Shown piece after piece: positions 19,491 through 28,133 of a stretch of DNA of 64,000 nt. Below the pieces are notes generated by a model. That model worked only from the letters and a program-made list of their open reading frames with translations, was not told where the DNA came from and made no database searches. Positions within the stretch are counted from its first letter, which is position 1; every line of letters begins with the position of its first letter. The position numbers and the translations under genes are program-made. The stretch covers positions 2,790 to 66,789 of the forward strand of contig JAWOHR010000088.1 in NCBI GenBank assembly GCA_046485075.1. Direction: 5' to 3'. Source of the stretch: Bacteroidales bacterium (lineage in GTDB: Bacteria > Bacteroidota > Bacteroidia > Bacteroidales > GCA-2748055).

Positions 19491-22400
19491 CTACTGAGTC
19501 TTTATAAACTTACTCCTTCCAACCAGTTCTCCCGATTCAATGCGCCGGATGATGTACATGCCCCTGGTCAGATAGTGGATATCCAGGTTGAAGATCTGAT
19601 ATCCCGGCTGAGTCTCCATATTCAGAACCATCCTTCCACTCAGATCAAACACCTCAAGTACTCCCGGTTTTTCAGTCCTGCTTCCCAGGTTCACATACAG
19701 ATCATCTTTAGCCGGATTGGGGTAAACCTGCAGCTCTCTCAAATCCCTAAACCTGTCCAGTATACCGGTTGGGGGCGTTTTATAATTGACACCTGCCTGC
19801 AAAATCTCTTTTGTATTCCGATCCTGAACAAATGCAACCACCACGAGATCAGCGATATCCTCCACAAACGGCTCAAAAGTCCATTGGTTGGTCATACTCA
19901 CATTGTCCCCCTGGTTCCAGTTCTGACCCAGGAGCTTTCCTGCCGGTGTCGGGAGCATCTCCAATACCACATTCCTGAATGCACTGTCTCCATTTGTGCC
20001 CTCGTAGATTGTGACCAGGGATTCCATCACGACCACATAGAGTTGAATATATTCGGGGTAGCGATCAGATTTACATGTAACTGTGGTATAAGCCGTCAGA
20101 TCGCTTTCAGTCCAGTCCACTTCCACTTCAATTTCAAACGAAGGGACCTTGAGGGATAACAGATCGAGATCATCTGACCCGGGGATATTTTCAATACTTG
20201 AAAAATCGTACCGGTACAAGCCGTTGGACCCTCCATCGAGAACCGCATAGGGCACCAGTCCCACACCTAAATTACCGGCCCGGGTCGTAACCATACCCGG
20301 ATTATTCAGGTTCATGGGATCTTCCCCTGGATAAGCAGTATGATATTGAAGATCAATCACCTCAGAACGATTTGCTTTAGCATAGGCATCCACCTGGATA
20401 TCTGCTGAAAAGGAGTTCTGATCCGATGAATTTGTGAAGTGTTCTAAGACTGATAATTTCGTCTTTTCTGAAATCATCAGATTGTCAAATGCAAATCCCT
20501 GGTTGCCAATTCCCTGGGCTCCGGTAGTGGCTATTGCCAGGCGAAGGGTTGCTAAACGGCTACCCTTGAGTGCGCCCAGGTCATGAGAGGCTTCAACCCA
20601 ATCCGTATCCGGACTGAATACATCAAGGCTCCATCCCACCGGGCTTCCTCCCGGATGATTAAAGATATCAACGGAGTTATACCAGTTAATTCCTTTAGAG
20701 CTGGCACCAACAGTCTGCCATCCCTCTTTCCGGCTTTTCATGAACTGAAGAACCGAGCCATTCACATTGGGAACAAAACTCTTCATCATATCCAGCGCGA
20801 TCATCGGACGGTCCATATCACTGAAATCGAAACAGGGACTCTGAATCCAGGAGTGCTCCACATATCCGGAGCTATATCCCGATAATTCGGTATACCAGGA
20901 GTTCCCATTTCCATCGGGAGTATACCCTTCGAAATCGGGAGTACCCCAGACCCAGCTGGCATTCCCGTCCTCCGACTCAATGGTCCATCCTCCCTGGTCC
21001 AGGTCAAATACCTCGGAATATCCCTCAGCATTCAATTTGAAAGTCGGCCTTAATTCCACCATTTTAGAAACGGTATCAATGCAGGCACCCTGCGTTATGG
21101 CTTGAAGCCTTACCAGGTATGTGGATGCATTTGGAAACAGATATTCAAGGGTATCAGAATCTGAGATCACCTCATCGAGGATATCTCCGGATTCGGACAT
21201 GAAAATCCACTTCATCGATTCTATGGGTGTGAATCCTTCGGGGGTCAGGTTCACAAATTCAACACCCTGGTTATCCACAAAACAATCACTGATCCATGTA
21301 AAATCACTTTGGGGATTGCTGCTTAACAGGGCATCCACCTGAAATCCTGAAACACATCCGTCATAAGTGGTGGCCGTCAGTGATATGGACCATTCACCCG
21401 GATTCGGATAAAAGTGCTGCGGATCTATTTCACCACTGTAATTATCAGCCCCGCTCAATGGATCACCAAAATCCCACCGCCATGTTTCAACGGATAATTT
21501 CGAGGTGCTCTGGTTATTGAAATAGACCATTCCGCCGCCATCGGGGAGGCAGGAACTTCCTATTGTAAACTTAGCATCCGAGGCTGCATGAACAGTCAAC
21601 ACCAGTAAAGTAACCTTTTCACATCCGGTCTCAGATGATACTTTACAAGAGATGGTATTTTCACCTGCCGGAGCAACAGAAGGATCAAAAATAAAGCCGC
21701 TGCTTACATTTCCGGATACTCCGTTACCGGAGAAAACAGCAGCCGGATCGCTGGCAATGAGCTGGATTGCATCTTCATTCTGACAGAAAGTTGTTTTCCC
21801 CGATGGTGAAAGGATTTCAGGCTGGGCTAATTCTATTAACTCAAAATTTTCCCTGATATAGAGCTTTACGATATCAGTATAGGCATATTCAACCGTATAA
21901 ACACCGCCAGCCAGTTGCAAGGGATCGATGGTGGCTGTATTATCCCCATGATCGGTAAGCCCTGCTACAAAGTTGTTGAGAGGGTCCTTCAGGGTAAATG
22001 TACCCAGGACTCCGGCAACATTCGAGGCACTGACAAGGAAGGGAGCACTGTAATCACATACCTTCGGCCTGGGAATATAGAGGTCCCCATTGGCCCCCAG
22101 TACAAACACCAGCGCACTAGCAATGCTTGTACAACCGGTCGGGTTAACATAGGTATAGTATATGGTATGCGGTGAAAGAACGGTATCGGCAACAGCAGGA
22201 CTAAAATAACCGGTAATACTGTTGACACCGGGTCCTGAGAATACACCTCCCGGAATATTGGCTGTAAGCTTAAAGGGGGTTGCTTCCACACTATACCCTG
22301 ATTTCAGATTGGTGAAGTTCACGGGAGTTGAGGCATTCACTGAAACCTTCACGCTGCCACTTCCTGCATTTTCCACCCCATTCCGGTCCGTTACCTTGGG

Positions 22401-25400
22401 TATACTGTACCACGTGGTTTCCACGGGCGATACAAAAACACTAAAAGGGCTCGCATCAATATCCTCAATCAGCAATGTTGTATTTCCATCAAACAATTCG
22501 ATGGAGAATGGCTTCCTTCCAATTAAGTATACAACTAACTCGGCTTGCTCTCCTTCGCAGATCTCAGGCAGGGTCGCCAGATGAGTGAGTGGAAGCTGGG
22601 TATATACTTCCAGCTCATTCTCTTCAATCATACCAAAGGATGTACCGATGTTACCGGCCAAATCTCTAAGTACGATGCTCATTTCCAGTTCGCCGGGAGC
22701 AACCAGGTTATCGGTGGATGAAACTTCATAGGTAAGTGCATAGAGGCCATTTGAGATTTCCGTGAAGTTCACCCTATTCGAACTCAAGGGGATCCCGTTG
22801 ATCAGTGTGCCTGAAACAGCCGTATAGCCGGTACCATCGGCGGTGATGGTTGCCACCACCACGCCTCCCACCCCAACTTCCACATCCGGAACTTCAATCC
22901 TGGTTACCAGAGGGGCATGGGCATCGACCGACACCTGGGCAACATTCCCCAGAGCAGTATACGGATTACCAATGTTTCCTGATGGTTTGACCAAAATCAA
23001 GGATGCTACAAATGCTCCCGGTGCAACATCGTCATCCCCTTCCTCAACGGTGTAGGTCAGCCGGTACAACCCCGCCCCGGTCTCATTAAAAGTCATATTG
23101 GACTGTGTAACACTCATCCCGTTTACGGTTGAGGAAGAATTAATCGTGTAGAGAACCCCGTCGGTCTGGATATTGATCACAACCTGGCTCCCGATTTTAT
23201 AATTGCCGGCCACCAGATTCGCAAAATTGACCACAGGCCGTTTTGCATCCAGCAGATCATTATTCTGTGAAATGGGAGTAGTATAGGGCAAACTCGATGA
23301 AATTCCATCGGTAACAACCAGATTACCTACAGGAATATTCTGCAGCTTCTCATAGCTGTTCCCGCCTTCAACGATTACAAAATTCGCAAGATAAGTGGTG
23401 CTGTTGCTCCGAACCAAACTCGCCAGAGGATATCCTCCGATGTCACCTGAAGCCAGGGTGTAAACTGAATTACCATCATCTGAAACCACGATGGTTGCCG
23501 AGACAATATCTCCAATCTTCATGGTGGCATTTGGAATGGTCACATTCAGTATTTTCGGATCCTTAATTTTAACCGTTACATTATATTGACAGCTTTCTGA
23601 ATTCCCCGTAAGATCCTTCGCTACATAGGTGACCGTGGTAACTCCCAGCTGGAAGACCTTGGTTCCAACATAATTGATACCTGTTAAAGGCGAATTTCCT
23701 ATGGTTGCGCCACTCATCGACCAGGTTAATTCGGTCACTGCACAATTGTCAGTAAAAACGGGATTCACCGTAGTAAAGGAAGCTGACAGCAGATTTCTCT
23801 CGATTTCAATCACCTCATTAACCGGACACAAAGTGAATTGGGGAGCCTCAACATCTTCGACGGTAATGACCACGGTATTGGAGGCTGCGGAACCACATTC
23901 AACCGTAGAAATCCGTTGATATTCAGTGGTAAAAAGAGCTCCGGCCGGGGGATTATAGGTAAGACCGGTGGCCAGGGGTATATCAGTGAAGAGGGCGGGT
24001 GCAATCCTTGATTGCCACTGATAGCTCCAGTTGTTGCTACCCCCCGATGGTGATACACTGTTTATTATCACTGCAGGATCTCCCCCCGGGCATATTTCCT
24101 GATCCGCAGCAATGATCCCCCCGTTTAAGATAACTGAAATCGCTACCATGGCGACATTGGAGAAGACCTCTCCGGCATCATTAAAGGCCCTGATCCGGTA
24201 GTAATAGGTTTTATTGTTCCCGGTACCGGTATCTGTAAAGGATTCACTATCCGGGGCTAAAGTCTGGATATTCACAAAAACACCTGCGGGAAGGTCGGAG
24301 CGTTGAACAACAAAACCTGCCTCATTGTCAGACATGTCATCCCATTTCAGATCTACTGAACAGGTATTGTTTGCAGTTGCTATCAGATTGGTGGGATTGT
24401 CCGGGACTTTCAGCAGTGTAGCAGCACTACCCTCCAACATCCCTGAATTCCCTCCTGTATTATAGGCCATCACCTGGTAGAAATACTGTGTGTCATCGTT
24501 CAGTAAGGTGTGGTTGAAAGTGGTAATTCCCGCACCGGTAGTTCCAACAGAGGTAAAAGGCCCCCCCGATGAGAGAGAACTAAAGATTTCAAATCCAACC
24601 TCATTATCCGAATTGTCTGTCCAGTTCAAGCGGATGGCACTGGTTGTGATATTGGAAAAAGTCAGGTTGGTTGGTGCAGCAGGGACATTGGGCAACGTGG
24701 TTGCATTGCCACCGGCATATCCAGCCGATGGACCCCCTAAATTATAGGCATACACCCTGTAATGATAGGCCGTATTGTTGGTTAATCCGGTGTTGTTAAA
24801 AGTTGTCACCCCGGCCCCGGTGGTTCCCACTGAAGTGTAGGGTCCCCCGGCATTGAGAGAACGGAAGATCTCAAAACCATCCTCATTGTTGGAGATATCA
24901 GTCCAGTTCAGCTGGATGGAGTTATTGGTGATGGTTCCAAAGGTCAGGTTGGTTGGTGCAGCCGGGACATTGGGCAAAGTGGTTGCACTGCCACCGGCAT
25001 ATCCAGCCGATGGACCCCCTAAATTATAGGCATATACCCTGTAATGATAGGCCGTATTGTTGGTTAATCCAGTGTTATTAAAAGTTGCCACCCCGGCCCC
25101 GGTGGTTCCCACTGAAGTGTAGGGTCCCCCGGCATTGAGAGAACGGTAGATCTCAAAACCAACCTCGTTGGCCGAGTTATCAGTCCAGTTCAGCTGGATG
25201 GAATTATTGGTGATGGTTCCAAAGGTCAGGCCGGTTGGTGCAGCAGGGACATCGGGCAATGTGGTTGCATTGCCACTGGCATAGGTTGCTGACGGACCAT
25301 CCGCATTAAAGGCATACACCCTGTAGTAATAGGCTGTATTGCTGGTTAATCCGGGGCTGTTAAAAGTTTCCACCCCGGCCCCGGTGGTTCCCAATGAAGT

Positions 25401-25919
25401 GTAGGGTCCCCCGGAAAAAAGAGAACGAAAGATCTCAAAACCAACTTCGTTGCTTGAGTTATCACTCCAGTTCAGCTGGATGGAATTATTGGTAATGGTT
25501 CCAAAGGTCAGGCCGATAGGTGCAGCAGGTAAGTTGGGCAATGTGGTTGCACTGCCCCCCGCAAAGTCTGTTGAAGGACCATCCGTATTATTGGCGTACA
25601 CCCTGTAAAAATATTCTGTATTACTGGCTAATCCAGTGCTGTTAAAAGTTGTCACCCCGGCCAAGGTGGTTCCAACTGAAGTATACCCCCCCACTTCAGT
25701 GAGAGAACGGTAGATCTCAAAACCCTCCTCGTCGCCGGAGTTATCAGTCCAGTTCAGCTGGATGGAATTAATGGTGATGGTTCCAAAGGTCAGATCGGAT
25801 GGTGAATCAGGGACGGTAGGCAATATGGTTGCATTGCCACTGGCATAGGATGCTGATGCACCCCCAGCAAAAAGGACCGAGATCAGGAAAATTAAGCCCT
25901 GGTGTATATATTGCTTCAT
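19491..25919 (-). CDS. giant T9SS-secreted adhesin-like protein (6x FN3, HYR-like, Ig-like arrays, PKD-like, C-terminal sorting domain)
   Basis: 2142 aa. Signal peptide, six tandem 94-aa FN3 modules, HYR-like block (EAPQF..CP), PKD-like block (WRWDFGDP...), and a T9SS type-A CTD (VYPNPAKDDLYVNL...KFIKTQ). Confidence 0.85.
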   Translation of the reverse strand: MKQYIHQGLIFLISVLFAGGASASYASGNATILPTVPDSPSDLTFGTITINSIQLNWTDNSGDEEGFEIYRSLTEVGGYTSVGTTLAGVTTFNSTGLASNTEYFYRVYANNTDGPSTDFAGGSATTLPNLPAAPIGLTFGTITNNSIQLNWSDNSSNEVGFEIFRSLFSGGPYTSLGTTGAGVETFNSPGLTSNTAYYYRVYAFNADGPSATYASGNATTLPDVPAAPTGLTFGTITNNSIQLNWTDNSANEVGFEIYRSLNAGGPYTSVGTTGAGVATFNNTGLTNNTAYHYRVYAYNLGGPSAGYAGGSATTLPNVPAAPTNLTFGTITNNSIQLNWTDISNNEDGFEIFRSLNAGGPYTSVGTTGAGVTTFNNTGLTNNTAYHYRVYAYNLGGPSAGYAGGNATTLPNVPAAPTNLTFSNITTSAIRLNWTDNSDNEVGFEIFSSLSSGGPFTSVGTTGAGITTFNHTLLNDDTQYFYQVMAYNTGGNSGMLEGSAATLLKVPDNPTNLIATANNTCSVDLKWDDMSDNEAGFVVQRSDLPAGVFVNIQTLAPDSESFTDTGTGNNKTYYYRIRAFNDAGEVFSNVAMVAISVILNGGIIAADQEICPGGDPAVIINSVSPSGGSNNWSYQWQSRIAPALFTDIPLATGLTYNPPAGALFTTEYQRISTVECGSAASNTVVITVEDVEAPQFTLCPVNEVIEIERNLLSASFTTVNPVFTDNCAVTELTWSMSGATIGNSPLTGINYVGTKVFQLGVTTVTYVAKDLTGNSESCQYNVTVKIKDPKILNVTIPNATMKIGDIVSATIVVSDDGNSVYTLASGDIGGYPLASLVRSNSTTYLANFVIVEGGNSYEKLQNIPVGNLVVTDGISSSLPYTTPISQNNDLLDAKRPVVNFANLVAGNYKIGSQVVINIQTDGVLYTINSSSTVNGMSVTQSNMTFNETGAGLYRLTYTVEEGDDDVAPGAFVASLILVKPSGNIGNPYTALGNVAQVSVDAHAPLVTRIEVPDVEVGVGGVVVATITADGTGYTAVSGTLINGIPLSSNRVNFTEISNGLYALTYEVSSTDNLVAPGELEMSIVLRDLAGNIGTSFGMIEENELEVYTQLPLTHLATLPEICEGEQAELVVYLIGRKPFSIELFDGNTTLLIEDIDASPFSVFVSPVETTWYSIPKVTDRNGVENAGSGSVKVSVNASTPVNFTNLKSGYSVEATPFKLTANIPGGVFSGPGVNSITGYFSPAVADTVLSPHTIYYTYVNPTGCTSIASALVFVLGANGDLYIPRPKVCDYSAPFLVSASNVAGVLGTFTLKDPLNNFVAGLTDHGDNTATIDPLQLAGGVYTVEYAYTDIVKLYIRENFELIELAQPEILSPSGKTTFCQNEDAIQLIASDPAAVFSGNGVSGNVSSGFIFDPSVAPAGENTISCKVSSETGCEKVTLLVLTVHAASDAKFTIGSSCLPDGGGMVYFNNQSTSKLSVETWRWDFGDPLSGADNYSGEIDPQHFYPNPGEWSISLTATTYDGCVSGFQVDALLSSNPQSDFTWISDCFVDNQGVEFVNLTPEGFTPIESMKWIFMSESGDILDEVISDSDTLEYLFPNASTYLVRLQAITQGACIDTVSKMVELRPTFKLNAEGYSEVFDLDQGGWTIESEDGNASWVWGTPDFEGYTPDGNGNSWYTELSGYSSGYVEHSWIQSPCFDFSDMDRPMIALDMMKSFVPNVNGSVLQFMKSRKEGWQTVGASSKGINWYNSVDIFNHPGGSPVGWSLDVFSPDTDWVEASHDLGALKGSRLATLRLAIATTGAQGIGNQGFAFDNLMISEKTKLSVLEHFTNSSDQNSFSADIQVDAYAKANRSEVIDLQYHTAYPGEDPMNLNNPGMVTTRAGNLGVGLVPYAVLDGGSNGLYRYDFSSIENIPGSDDLDLLSLKVPSFEIEVEVDWTESDLTAYTTVTCKSDRYPEYIQLYVVVMESLVTIYEGTNGDSAFRNVVLEMLPTPAGKLLGQNWNQGDNVSMTNQWTFEPFVEDIADLVVVAFVQDRNTKEILQAGVNYKTPPTGILDRFRDLRELQVYPNPAKDDLYVNLGSRTEKPGVLEVFDLSGRMVLNMETQPGYQIFNLDIHYLTRGMYIIRRIESGELVGRSKFIKTQ
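24129..25823 (-). repeat. 282-bp coding tandem repeat, 6 copies (FN3 modules); copies 3-5 near-identical at DNA level
   Basis: The string gtcaggttggttggtgca recurs at 24661 and 24943, exactly 282 nt apart. Long runs are almost identical between 24661-24880 and 24943-25160. Flanking copies are more diverged. Confidence 0.9.
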
Positions 25920-26479
25920 AACTGATTCCTTATTAGATTTATCAAGTGCGCAAATTAGATAATATATAAACCAAATTCGAAGGTTTCTGTTGCAATTTGA
26001 TCAATAACTAAATAGTAATTGCCAGCCTAAATGACAGGGTGCAATTCTTTTGCAATCGTTCGTCTACCACAAACAGACATTCATCAAGAAAAGTGCAAAT
26101 TTCATGTATCAATTGTTCGTTAAATTATTAAGCGGTCGATTTAGCATTACTAAGTTGTGGTACATTGTCTTAATATCTGCCATTGAAAAAGCCCTTCGAG
26201 CTTTAGGAATGCTCCACCAAAGGATTGCCTTAGCAATATTTATCGAAGTGAGTGAAAAATTAAACTGAACAAGCTCATTGAGGAGCAGGACAAAGTCAAA
26301 ACCAGGATCAATAAAAATGAGCTCCTCAGGATCATAAAACAAATGGCTGATCGCATTATGAATGGGAAAGGTTGCCAAAAAGACTGAAAAACATGCACAT
26401 ATCGTTGAAAAATATCTTGAATCAAAGCCGGAACATAAAAAAAGTCAAGAAAATGATCATTTCACTTAAGATGAATGAA

Positions 26480-27955
26480 TTACGCATATTTAAATTTAAG
26501 GTATAGATTAAGCACCCCTCCGGTTTTCAACACTTTTATCAATGTTTTTTTAAAGCCTTTATTGATGGGGACATTGAGCAATTCGGGCCATAGTTTATCG
26601 ATCACCTTCACGTAAACCTTGAAAGTCGGGATTTCTAAATACTTTGGGTGGACTGACAGGTACTGCATCACCAGATCTCTGGAATTGAATACATTAATGT
26701 CTTCCTGTGAGATATCCTTATCCAACTGAATCTGGTTTCCCCAGTTGGCTATTCTTTCTTCCCAATAAAACAGGTCTATCAAATTAATATTATTCTCTGG
26801 ACAGAACACTCCAATTTCTTTTATCCACTGATCATAATAGTCAATGGCAAAACTCCATTTACCAACCCTATTCTTTTTAGCCAGATTTTCACCAGTGACA
26901 GTTATCTTTCTCCCCATGAACCATTCACTCCCGGCAGTGGCGGTGTTGCCTGGCAAATTGACTTTATTGTTGAAATTAAGATAGTAATTATATATTAAGG
27001 GTAAATACTTTTCTGATCCGAATTCATTGTTCTCAAAATAGACTCTCCTGAAATCATCATCCACTTCTATGTATGGGTCCAATACATGAAATTTCAGGTC
27101 CAGATTACCAAGCAGCTTTTTTGGAATTGTAATGTCAATAAAATTATCATCAACATGGTTCTCTTTGTTGATGTAATAATAAACTCGTTCCGGATTGCTT
27201 TTTGTTGCTGCCATAAGTGTTCGTGAATCCTTACCAGCTGTAACGGGCAACATTACCTCATATCTGTGCATAATGCCTTCCATAAATCCCTTCACCATAT
27301 GTGCACAATTCGACGCTACTTCTTTCAAAGGTCTCTGATCGTCGATCCTGCAAGATGGCCAGTAGCGATACCTGGAAGAGGTTTTCACATCAAAGTAGTG
27401 ATTTGGCATTAATTGCCTGATACCATCATAAATGGTAGTATCTCCGATGTTAGCGTTGTTCTTCAGAATAAATTCCTGAGAGTTGTAGTAGTCTAATATT
27501 TCCGGATGATGAGTCTTCTTCATCTGGAGAACCTTTGCGAGGAGGTAAGACTGAGAGGAGAACCATGCATCACCGTTTCCAAGAGAGTAGTATATTTTTC
27601 TTGCAGCTGTGGCATCATGAACTAATTTAAGATCTTCTCTGCTTTTATAAATCAGGACAAACCTACCTGTATATTTTCCAAGTTTGTGTAGGATTCCGTC
27701 ATAATCTAAAACCAAAAGGTCAATTAGGATTTCAAAATTTGACTTCTGCGGACTCTCAAAGTCAAATAAATCACCTAATAGCCAGATTTTCGTTCCATTC
27801 ACCTCCGCTATTGTTATATGGAGATCCACGTGTGAATAAAGTCTATAGGTGTCATTTACGATATACTCCTCATTTAGAAATGGGCACTTCACAGATTTAG
27901 GTGCAAGTATATATTGATTCCGAAACCTAAGCCTTTCTATCTCTTCCTGTTTCAT
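26480..27955 (-). CDS. uncharacterised asparagine-synthetase-like / PP-loop protein, no Cys nucleophile (paralogue 1)
   Basis: The ORF track start at 27970 is TTG, so the ATG at 27955 (MKQEEIERLRFRNQY) is preferred because it aligns with the paralogue start. Motifs are GRFVLIY..EDLKLVHDATAARKIYY, EVMLPVTAGKDSR and KVNLPGNTATAGSEWF. It is paralogous to 39171..40640. Confidence 0.6.
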   Translation of the reverse strand: MKQEEIERLRFRNQYILAPKSVKCPFLNEEYIVNDTYRLYSHVDLHITIAEVNGTKIWLLGDLFDFESPQKSNFEILIDLLVLDYDGILHKLGKYTGRFVLIYKSREDLKLVHDATAARKIYYSLGNGDAWFSSQSYLLAKVLQMKKTHHPEILDYYNSQEFILKNNANIGDTTIYDGIRQLMPNHYFDVKTSSRYRYWPSCRIDDQRPLKEVASNCAHMVKGFMEGIMHRYEVMLPVTAGKDSRTLMAATKSNPERVYYYINKENHVDDNFIDITIPKKLLGNLDLKFHVLDPYIEVDDDFRRVYFENNEFGSEKYLPLIYNYYLNFNNKVNLPGNTATAGSEWFMGRKITVTGENLAKKNRVGKWSFAIDYYDQWIKEIGVFCPENNINLIDLFYWEERIANWGNQIQLDKDISQEDINVFNSRDLVMQYLSVHPKYLEIPTFKVYVKVIDKLWPELLNVPINKGFKKTLIKVLKTGGVLNLYLKFKYA

Positions 27956-28133
27956 TTTTTTGATTATCAAACAATTTATTTGAACTAAGGAAAATTATTT
28001 TTCGATTTAAATTAAATTCAGACCCACCATTGACAATAGTAGTTCTGAGACTTTTAATAAATTGTTATTATATACGAAATGCCGGGATAAAGTTATGGAA
28101 TATCATCACCTCTCGGATTATCATATGAAGTCA

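Noticed and set aside
26050-26425. Three overlapping short ORFs in the 25.9-26.5 kb gap.
   Set aside because: They are mutually exclusive frames with no recognisable family. They are treated only as possible gene debris (see the finding at 25920..26479), not as CDS.
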